Shown here: piece after piece, positions 53,386 to 64,000 of the stretch
Numbering within the stretch: the first letter of the stretch is position 1
How the letters are laid out: each line of letters begins with the position of its first letter
From: Octopus sinensis
Lineage: Eukaryota
Assembly: GCF_006345805.1 (NCBI RefSeq)
Contig: NC_043006.1
Location: forward strand, 90,024,001 to 90,088,000
Length of the DNA: 64,000 bases
Direction: 5' to 3'
Position numbers and translations under genes: made by a program
Notes under the pieces: model-generated
The model's database searches: none
Told to the model about the DNA's origin: nothing
What the model saw: the letters and a program-made list of their open reading frames with translations, nothing else

Positions 53386-54823
53386 CTATAATAATGAAAG
53401 AGTTAAACCTTAATGGTTAAATATAATTTGGGGAAAGTCTGACGGCTGGAGGGATAGGGCACTGCTACATCTACAAGCTGAAAGATTCAGTCTTGTCAGT
53501 AGGACTGCAATTCCACATGTCTGTGGATTCTAAAAGCTCAAGTGAAACAGTCAGTCTAGCACTTCTTTAAGTAAAAGGATTCACAGAAAAATTGTTTGTT
53601 TGTTAGTTTGCAGTCCTAAATTTGGTTTGCTCAGCAAGTCTGAAGAATCTAGTCAAATTATCTGCACCAAACCAACATACCAAAATATTTTGGATTATTG
53701 TGCCAATAGACCGAAATCCTGGTTCTGATTACAAACTAATGGAAATAGTTGAAGTGTGAGGAAAAAAAAACAGACAAACAAACCAACATTCAAACCATTC
53801 CATGATAAATTCAACATAAATAGCTATCCACTGGCAAATAAGGATATTTTTTGGTCACCACAAAGAAGATCTTATAATATAAGCTACATGTGTGTGTGTG
53901 TGTGTGTTAATAGACATATATGTTGTGTGTCTGTATATATATTTATGTGAATATGTGTGTGTGTGTGTATGCATTCCTACGAGTATGTGCATAAAAGTGA
54001 TTTCTGCTTCTCACATGGATTCTTCTGTGCTGGCATTTCCTCAGAACTCTGTGCCTAATAGTTCTGCATTCTTCAACAAGTAGGAGTAAACAATCAAATC
54101 CATTACTAATAAAACAGGAAAATATTGGTGACATGAAGGGCACCTGGTTGTAAAAAAATACTGCATTAAATACCCAACTAACCCATGCCTGCAGAGAAAA
54201 ATGGATGTAAAACGAATGAGTCAAATGAACAAATATAGAGCCTTTTCAGTCGATCAATACCTCACACAAAACAACATGATACAATGGAGTGTTCTATAGC
54301 TAGAGGTAACTGAAATACAATAATATTGAAACAAATTCATAATATAAAGAGAGGAAAATGTTGGAATATGAATATTATTATAAAATAGGTTTGTTGATTG
54401 TGATTTCTCATAAAAACAGATGAGGTTGAAACATGAGGATAAAAATCAATCATTAATATTTAATAGATTTTGATGGAAATGAAACTGTTTACATGACATA
54501 AATATTAGTTTAACATTCAAAACCACTTTATGTCTCCGAGCACATTGTGTGTGTGTGTGTGTGTGTGTGTTTTTATTTATTTATTTGCTTACACACAGTT
54601 GATCATTTCACACAACCATCTTTCATTCCTCAATGAAATTAGCTGAGAAGAGAATTTCTGCCTTAAGAAAATGGTGAAAAAATTAATGAATAGATAAAAA
54701 TCATAAGAAATTGGATAATAAACAAAAGAATAAGACTGAACTCTTGATGAAAATGATAACGATACTGATTATTTATATATGTATGTTTATATGTGTGTAT
54801 ATATATGTGTGTGTGTGTATGTA

Positions 54824-54858
<35 letters not shown>

Positions 54859-56049
54859 TTATATAAAAATGTATGTATGCATGTATAGTGGCTGTTATCT
54901 CACAGACAAATATGACCATCACTGAGAAATTGTCTTGTCCTAGATATTAAAATCAATGGCTGTCAGAAATGGTTGAGTTGAAATTTAAAGTGAATAACAT
55001 CTTGCATAGCACCACCAACACTGACTCTGAAAGCCATGTTGCCAAGAAACAGGCAAGAATAAAATGTTTGGCTTTGTGGAATTTCCTTCTCCAACATTCA
55101 CGTATGTAAACAAAGCCTAGGGAGTCTCTCTCCCACCAGCTGTTGGATGGCTGTTGACTCTACTGAGTTCAGCTGCCCTTTGATACGTTTTGTTTTTCCT
55201 CCTGCAGGGTATCTAACAAAAACCACCCTTTTTACCAGGTGGGCTTGGTTGGGTTACATGCTACCAACAGCAGTAAGAGTGATCTGATATAATACACACA
55301 CACACACACACACACACATGCATACACACACCCACACACACATGCACATCACAAAGCCGCAGCACCTCTTCAGCTGGCCAGCCCCTATTAAACTGTTCAA
55401 CCCATGCCAGCATAGAAAATAGACATTAAATGAAGATGATGACGATACACACACATACACACACACACACACACATAATTATACACTCATATATACACAT
55501 ATACACATGCACGCATGCATTTCTACATCTGTACACATGCAATACAAATTGACTTACAGACAAGGATACAACATTTCCATAATTGTTATTTCCAGTTTTC
55601 GAGAATCTTGTCAAATTCTTCACAAAAATAATTTTTCAGAATACAATGATTTCAAAACTTTTTCTTGATATTTCCATTTACAAATTTAATAAGGAAAAAA
55701 AATATAAAATCACAAATACAAATAAAATGTTAAGGAAAAGTCTGAACAGTTCCTCAAGCAAATAAGAAATAAACATTAGATTTGATATCATAAAACCTAT
55801 ATTTAATCAAAGTTTTAAATGAATGAATTGACAAATGCTTTCCACACGAAGCCCAGTAATTGCATGTGTGTGGGTGGGTGTATATGAATGCATATATTTT
55901 ACAAAAATGCACCCCCAACATGTGCAATACACACACATATATGAATGTATATATATATGTGAATGCATAAGCACATGCACACACACATATATACACACAT
56001 ACACACACACACATATATATATATATATACATAAATGTATATATATGTA

Positions 56050-56134
<85 letters not shown>

Positions 56135-56287
56135 AGAGCAATAAAGATTCAAGTTAATTTAAATGAATTTACTTGAATATGGTACCTAACTTAGATGCAC
56201 CAAAAAAAACTATACTGATTTAACAATACAGTAATGCGGGGTGATTATATATATATATATATACATATATATACATATATATATACA

Positions 56288-56415
<128 letters not shown>

Positions 56416-56475
56416 CATACATACATATATGTATATATCTATGTATATCTATCTATATGTGTGTGTGTGTGTATA

Positions 56476-57619
56476 CAATGGCGGCCAAAATGTTCAGAAC
56501 GGCATTGTTTTCGTCAGAAAAGTAGATATAATTTTTTATCAAAGTTGTTTTATATTCTATAATTTTCACAGACAATAAATACGATATTATTTGTTATTGC
56601 CTGAGATTTTGGTGTAATTTGAGAGAATAATACAAAAGTTATGGATGATTTAGTGATTTACTGCAAAACCCATGGCGGCCTAAATGATCAGAACAGTTGC
56701 TTTTACTCTGTGTTTTAGTATATTTAACTGGCGAACTCTAATGTTTTGAATTTGTTTACCTGACGGTTCGTTTACTAAACATTAGTAAGAATATTTGCAA
56801 TGTACTTTGTTAATATAATGCCACTTACTCCGTAACCAATTCGTCAGCAGATTATTAAGCTTCGAAGGAAGGATAATTTAAGCATTGGATCTATTGCAAA
56901 GATTGTTAACAAGTCAAAAAGTGTTGTACACGGTATTCTTAAGGTCTACGATGATTGTGGTTCGTGTGAAGCAAGAAAGTTTGCAGGTAGGCCAAGCAAA
57001 ACGACCAAGAGAGAAGATCGTGCTATGGTAAAGTTGGTTAAAAAGGACAGATTTAAAACTGCTGCTACTGTTTCTCGGAAAATGAGCATTGTATTGAAGA
57101 AAACTTTATCTCGAAAAACTGTGTCTCGTCGTTTAGTTGAACATGACCTGCAAGCAAGAGCACCTGCAGTGAAACTACTGATCAGCTCCAAGAATAAAAA
57201 GTGTCGTCTTACCTTTACAACCAAACATGTGTTGTGGTCTCAAGAAAAATGGCAAACGGTGCATTTCAGTGATGAATATAAGTTTATGTTATTTGACTCA
57301 GATGGGCAAAGGTATGTTCGTCAAAAAGTAGGTGAAAAATTGTCACCGAAATGCCTTAAGACTAGTGTTAAATTCAGTGGAGGAAGTGTCATGGTTTGGG
57401 GAATGATATCTGGAGATGCCGAAAATAGACAAATTGTCAATAACCATTATAATTGATCACAATTAACATGTGTCTTGAAACAAGCCGATAGAAATTTCTA
57501 AAAAATCATATCATATTTATTGTCTGTGAAAATTATAGAATATAAAACTACTTTGATAAAAACTTATACTTACTTTTCTGACGAAAACAATGCCGTTCTG
57601 AACATTTTGGCCACAACTG
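56476..57619 (+). mobile_element. Internally deleted Tc1-like transposon with ~110-bp TIRs and TA TSD
   Basis: TA|CAATGGCGGCCAAAATGTTCAGAAC ... GTTCTGAACATTTTGGCCACAACTG|TA. The transposase frame from ATG 56818 has one early stop, then GRPSKTTKREDR, FSDE and GGSVMVWG; the remaining catalytic residues are deleted. Confidence 0.92.
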
Positions 57620-58519
57620 TATATACAAACACTTATGTGTATATATATACATATATGTGTATATATATATACATCTAATATAGGACAAAATTTTTTGGAA
57701 AAAATTTTATCAATGGCCAGCATATTAAAAAAATACCTTTAAAGGTTAAATTTATAAATAACTTATAAAATAACGGCAAAAGAAAAAAAGAGGGTGTTTC
57801 AATATTTAAAATTTGTTTCTGGAGGATTTAAAACAGTCTGAGGACCACATGATGATCAGTTTTAACAGTAGTTCTAGGCGTTTGCTTCAGATATTGCAGC
57901 ATCTCAGCATAACAACATCTTTTTTACTTTCAGCTCTCCCAATGATATAATGATGATGATGGTGATGGTAATACTTAAAAAATGGACCACAGGAGTAGAG
58001 ATAAAACAAAACAAAAAACAACTGTCAGCATCACTTTTGATGTTGTTGGTTGAGATTCAAATCTTGTTTTCATGATGTGCAATTTCAGATGTTCCCATTC
58101 TATACAGTGGTGGTCACTTTCTGGCAAGGAGCTGATAACTTTGAAGTTTCAGTTTCTTTGCCATCATCAGACCATCCTCTTCTGATAAACAAAACCATCA
58201 CTTTATTACATCTTCCTCTAGTCCATTCAACTAGCAAAAATGAGGTGTACCTGTATTTCAGAGGGTTGGCCTTGTCACATTCTGTGTCACACTGAATTTT
58301 CCTGAGAAGCACATTAAGGGTACACGAGTCTGTGGAGTGCTCAGCCGCTTGCACGTTAATTTCACGAGGAGGCTGTTTGGTTGATCATATCAACTGGAAC
58401 CCTTGTCATTCTAACAGGTATAGTGTCAGTACACATATCTAAATATATATTCATTACTAGTGACAGAAGCAGCATTGATATCCAAAAGCAATCTGTATAC
58501 CATACTTAATGTAGGTGTA

Positions 58520-58672
58520 CTAAAAGAAAGCCACAATACTGTGGATATTAGTCTTGAGAAAGCATCTGTGCTAAAAAGCACAGATTCTGATTCTCCTCTG
58601 CTTTTTAGCACCATACTTCTATACATGATGCCCTTTCAAGATAAATATTGCAGTATTGTGGCTTTCTTTTAG
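58520..58672. repeat. Short imperfect hairpin (MITE-like)
   Basis: ctaaaagaaagccacaatactg / cagtattgtggctttcttttag and gtgctaaaaagca / tgctttttagcac. Confidence 0.75.
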
Positions 58673-59280
58673 AATATCCATATATATACATGTATTATAT
58701 TAGAGTTATTCTTGTCTAGCAAGTGATTTATAATGAGACCATGTGTTTGTATGTGTGTATATATATAAACAAATCACATGAGAAACCCAGTAAATTCTTA
58801 CTCGTATGGCTTTACAAGATGGCTTTCCTTTCTACTTCTTCAGATACAAATGTAAATGTCATTAAACAAATGTTACATTCGGCACTAAACAATCATTTTG
58901 TATGAAATTAAGTCATCAAAAATGAAAAAGTCCTCAATAAACCAAACTGACTAAATTCCGAAATTAATTTCATTCGTTTGTACATCTTTAAAGGATAAAC
59001 TAGAGTTGCAAAAAAAAAAGAAAAAGAAAAAGAAATAAACAAACAAATGAATTTAGATTATTCTCCAAAGATTTTCCATTTGTTAAATAACAAAATTTTT
59101 ATGAACAAAAAAAAGATTTGCAATGTAGTAAAATAATTATCTCTATATATATATAAATATATATATATATACATATGGAAAGAGAAAAAGAGAGAGAGAG
59201 AGAGAGACAAAATATGCAATTTCTTTTCTTTTCCATATTTAAAATTGATCCACTTCTGTTCAATAATTTGCCCATCTAGG

Positions 59281-59745
59281 GCAGTGAGGAGGTAGAAACG
59301 TTAGCATGCCGGGTGGAATGCTTAGCAGTATTTCGTCTGCCGCTACGTTCTGAGTTCAAATTCCGCCGAGGTCAACTTTGCCTTTCATCCTTTTGGGGTC
59401 AATTAAATACGTATTTCTTTACTACCCACAAGGGGCTAAACACAGAGGGGACAAACAAGGACAGACAAATGGATTAAGTCAATTATCGACCCCCAGTGCA
59501 TAACTGGTACTTAATTTATCGACCCTGAAAGGATGAAAGGCAAAGTCGACCTCGGCGGAATTTGAACTCAGAACGTAACGGCAGACGAAATACGGCTACG
59601 CATTTCGCCCGGCGTGCTAACGCTTCTGCCAGCTCGCCGTACGTACCAGTCATGCACTGAGGTCGATGTACTTGACTTAATCTCTTTGTCTGTCCTTGTT
59701 TGTCCTCTCTATGTTTAGCTCCCTGCAGGTAATAAGGAAATTAAT
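59281..59745. mobile_element. Nested family B SINEs (minus copy 59414-59639 inside a plus copy)
   Basis: The host SINE is split in its core and the insert is flanked by TACGTA at 59408-59413 and 59640-59645. Confidence 0.75.
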
Positions 59746-60210
59746 TTTTCACACATCAAAAGCTTACAAGGAATGTGTTCACATTCTGAATATTTCTCTC
59801 CCAGCTAAGGCTTTATAATATTTAAACTTATTTCAGTCTTTCTGACTCCTGCTGTGTTAATGTCTTCTTTTACTAATTCTTTTGAAATCTGACACAAGGC
59901 CAGCAGTTTTTAAGGAAGAGCCAAGTCGACTACATTTGCCGCCCCACGCCTCCTTACTTCACTGGCATTTATTCCATCAGACCCATAAGGATGAACAAAC
60001 AGAGTTGGCAGGATTTGAACTGAGACTGGAATGATTCAGGAGAAATGGTGTTCAGCATTTTGTATGACATGGTACGGCCCTCCAGTGTGCCAGCTCTGGT
60101 CAAAACATCCAATCCATGCCAGCATGGAAAACAAACATTAAAGACGATGGTGTTGATATATGTGTGTGTGTGTGTGTGGTGTGTGTGTGTGTACATATAT
60201 ACATATATAT

Positions 60211-60606
60211 ACTCTTTTACTTGTTTCAGTCATTTGACTGCGGCCATGCTGGAGCACCGCCTTTAGTCGAGCAAATTGACCCCGGGACTTATTCTTTGTA
60301 AGCCCAGTACTTATTCTATCAGTCTCTATTTTGCCGAACCGCTAAGTGACAGGGACGTAAACACACCAGCACCGGTTGTTAAGCAATGCTAGGGGGACAA
60401 ACACAGACACACAAACACACACACATATATATATACATATATACGACAGGCTTCTTTCAGTTTCCGTCTACCAAATCCACTCACAAGGCATTGGTAGGCC
60501 CGGGGCTATAGCAGAAGACACTTGCCCAAGATGCCACGCAGTGGGACTGAACCAGGAACCATGTGGCTGGTTAGCAAGCTACTTACCACACAGCCACTCC
60601 TGCGCC
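60211..60606 (-). mobile_element. Near full-length family A SINE, opposite orientation
   Basis: Reverse complement of 41608-42053 with high identity. Confidence 0.9.
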
Positions 60607-61019
60607 TATTATATATATTATATATATTATATATATATATATATGCATATATATGTGATATATATGTGTGCATTTATACATACATGTATGTGTGTGTGTG
60701 TGTGTGTGTTTGTATGTGTGCGTGTGTGTATGTTTATATATATGTGTGTATCATCAACATCATCATCGTTTAACATCTGTTCTCCATGCTCGCATGGCTT
60801 GCATGGTTTTGCTGGGGTCTGGGAAGCCAGGAGGCTGCACTATGCTCCAATCTGATCTGGCTGCATTTCTACAGTTGGATGCCTTTCCTAACACCAACCA
60901 CTCCGAGAGTGTAGTGGGTGCTTTTTACATGCGACCGACACAGGGGCCAGAGGAGACTAGCAAAGACCATAATCAGTTGGTGCTTTTTATGTGCTACCGG
61001 CATGGGGATCACAGCTACA

Positions 61020-61660
61020 GTTCCCATTTGATTTTGATATACTTGACTCAACAGGTCTCCTCAAGCACAGCATGTCGCCCTAGCACAACATGTTGCCCTA
61101 TGATCCAAGATTTTGAGTGGGTTGGGGCTGGTTATGCGACAATGGTGTAGGTTACAGCTGTGCACTCACTTTACTTGCCAGGTCTTCGCAATCAAAGCAT
61201 ATTTCCATAGGTCTCAGTCTTTCGTCATTGACTCTGTGAAGTCCAGCGCTTGAAGGTCATGCTTGACCACCTCATCCCATGTCTTTTTGGGTCTACCTCT
61301 AACCTGGATTCCTTCAACTGTTTGGGAGTGGCACTTCTTCACACATCTCTCCTTATCCATCCATAGTACATGATCATACAAAATGTCTCTCTTGCACACC
61401 ACACCTGATGCTTCTTATGTCCAACATTTCTCTCAGGGCACTTACACTCTGTCGTGTGTGCACACTGACATTACACATCCAGTGGATCATACTAGCTTCA
61501 TTTCTTTCAAGCCTACGCATGTCTTCAGCATTCACGGCCCATGTTTCACTGCCGTGAAGCATGGCAGTTCACACATGCATCGTACAATCTACCTTTCTCT
61601 CTGAGCGAGAGGCCCTTTGTCACCATTAGGAATAGAAGCTTTCTAAACATTGCCCAGGCT
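61020..61660 (-). mobile_element. RTE LINE 3' fragment
   Basis: MLHGSETWAVNAEDMRRLERNEASM and RGRPKKTWDEVVKHDL, followed by the RTE tail repeat at 60760-61020. Confidence 0.85.
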
Positions 61661-63010
61661 ATTCTTATTCTAGTATGCATATATGAATGTATTTAAGAAT
61701 GCTCTAATAAAAATGCATCTCTGCTCCAGTTATAACCATTTCTTTATTATTACAGATTATTTCATATTTACTTTCTGGAATAGTTTTTATGTTTCCTTTG
61801 GAACAATAAAATTTTAGGCATTCATTGATATTTTTCAGACCTTCTGGAAGGAATTAACTGAGGTGGTCATTCTAGCCATTTTTATTGTGGGCAGAAATCA
61901 TGTTGTATCACTTTCTGATAGGTTATCATGGAATTGGAATGTTTCTTGACACCTGATTTTTCTCTTTTCTTCAGGAATAGGAAAATGGTTTGGTTATGGT
62001 GCCTTGCATTAGTTTCTAATTAGGATTCACATCTGCATATTGGCTTTCGTATAATATTTTGTGCTATTTATGTTGTTTTCAGGAATAAAAGCTTTAGGTT
62101 TTTCTTTTTATTTTTAGAAGCAGTTGTGAAGTGGTGATGTTTTTAACATAGTTGTGATATCAACAAATGTTTTTTTTTTTTTTATCTAACTTTGTTTTGT
62201 TGTTTGTGATATCAAATGCTGCAAAGACACTTCTTCATAGAGATTTATGGTCAGCTGCCATGAAATGTGTGTGGGCACTTGGAAAATAACAAATGAGAAA
62301 TAGACACAGCAGCATAAAAGAATCGGTAATAACAATCTTCATCAAAATCTAAATTTATGGCATCGATGAGATAACGAGCAGAAAGGTTCTTGAAATATTG
62401 GTGCATTGAAAGTTTGTTGTTTCAAAACTAAACTTAAAAGACGTATAAGGAAATGCAGAAAAAGGCTCCAGGTGGAACACAATATATGCACACCCACCCA
62501 CCTGTGTCTGTGTGTGTGTGTAGATAAAAAGTAAAAGTAGAAAACAGCAGGGAAGTATATTTAAAGATTCTTTTCACTTTTTTCTTCAATCAGACAGGAT
62601 AAGTGTTTTTATATTTGTTACATTAAGTGACTTTAATAAAATATTATCGGTTCTGTTGTGTATGTCAATCTTATCAATTATTAGACATTTTTTAAGTAAA
62701 AAATTAGAAAATAAAATTAAAAAATTAGAACCTAAAACAGTTTGCTCTCATATTCTGTAGGTTGTTAAGAATATTATTTATGTTGTTTATGCAATAGCTC
62801 GGAATGGGGGTCAAGGAGTGAAGTGTCAAAATTTCTATTGAATTGAATAACAGATTTTAACACCATGGAGGAATTCTCGTTAGCTTAAATAATAAACTGC
62901 GATAGGTGAACTGCGATATGGTGAGGGATTACTGTATAAATTCTTCAGACAGGGAATAAAATAATCATTTGATTCTCTGTCCAAAGAATTTCTAATAGGA
63001 GATATCTTAC

Positions 63011-63180
63011 ATGTTTCTACCACATGTTCAGTTTTGTAACTCCTATTAGCAAATGAAACACATGTAATGGTGAATAAATAATACCCAAAATTCTTTCCAT
63101 TCTCCAGTTTTGATTTGCTCTCTATTAAATATTTTCTAATATTTTTCAACTCTTCAGCATACATCTCACAAATGTGACAC
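63011..63180 (-). CDS. Most 5' visible exon of a minus-strand gene (CxxC thioredoxin-like protein)
   Basis: Minus strand reads ttgtctgtag|GTGTCAC...GAAACAT|gtaaga. 170 nt, phase 2->1. Encodes CHICEMYAEELKNIRKYL...KTEHVVET in unique, non-repeat sequence inside track ORF 62880..63224. Confidence 0.8.
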
Positions 63181-64000
63181 CTACAGACAACTTTAGAGTA
63201 CTGGAATGAGCAGATGTCCTTCAAGAGAACACAGCTTGAAATATAACCTTATCTGCATGTCTGCAAGACTTCCATGAGAACAAGAGGACAGTTTAGTTAA
63301 ATTCGAAGACTTGGAAGTACATTGTGACCACCAATGCATAACAACCTCTGACAGCCAGACAGATGCAGTGACACAGTGTGTGTGTGTGGTGTGAGGAAGG
63401 GTATCCAGCCATAAAATCCCTGCCAAAATACAGTGGAGCCTAGTACAGTGTTCAGTCTAGTCAGCTCCTTTCAAACTGTCCAACACATGCCAGCATGTAT
63501 GTATATATATATATATTAATATATATATTAATGTGCAAGTGGCTGAGCACTCCACATACATGTGTACCCTTAAAATATGTATATTAAAAGCATGTATATT
63601 GATGATGATGATGAGTGTGTGTGTGTGTTATACACTGGTTGAATTTGTGTAGAATTTTCTGACAAAAGTGTTAGCATGATTGAATTCCTCGAGAGTTTTA
63701 TGTAATTTTGATTTATTTATTGATTGACATACGGACAGACAGCTATTATCTTTCAGATAATGAATCACTCCATAGTATTTAGACTTTCATACATGGGTGA
63801 AACTTAGCAGGCAGAAAAGTGCATGAAATTATAATATTACACACACACGCACACACACCAATACCTACCCCCTACTAAAGCTTACTATTATACTTATATA
63901 TCTGTACATGCGGCTCACCTTATGTATATTGGAAAACAAGATATACTCCCATCCATGCACACACACACATACACATCCACCCCATCTTTCCTTCTTAATT

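Noticed and set aside
54593-54642. Minus-strand exon candidate LISLRNERWLCEMINC
   Set aside because: Its phase 0 start is incompatible with the upstream exon; it would need the less plausible second frame of exon 46772-46863.
55558-55617. Minus-strand exon candidate (NLTRFSKTGNNNYGNVVSLS, strong gtaagt donor)
   Set aside because: Phase 0->0 cannot follow the phase-1 end of exon 63011-63180, and the acceptor is weak.

Overview
AT-rich eukaryotic genomic DNA, dense in microsatellites and SINEs. The repeat families (tRNA-headed SINEs, RTE tails, Penelope-like fragments) look like octopus/coleoid cephalopod DNA; this is recognition, not a database result. Almost all ORFs in the supplied track are microsatellite or repeat translations. 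The main real content is the 3' part of one minus-strand, long-intron protein-coding gene, rebuilt by eye from six GT-AG exons with fully consistent phases: 63011-63180, a 5-nt microexon at 53381-53385, 46772-46863, 23422-23458, 16218-16302 and 7331-7374 (stop). The spliced product is 143 aa: CHICEMYAEELKNIRKYLIESKSKLENGKNFGYYLFTITCVSFANRSYKTEHVVET-YL-PGVTYLLCPIVRHQPHDLHAYLQAACGEENT-YTDAHVPTHSLL-WDNHWFTAFMMARLTRDHLCNSPEQIPQ-VKISFKDIQQPAVG*. It looks like a CxxC thioredoxin-fold (redoxin/AhpC-TSA/PRXL2-like) protein, and its 5' exons lie beyond the window end. The introns hold RTE, CR1-like, R4/Dong-like, HERO-like and Penelope-like retroelement fragments (with decayed hammerhead ribozyme motifs), Tc1/mariner, piggyBac and Helitron relics. 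They also contain several fold-back structures, including two exact 136-bp inverted duplications.
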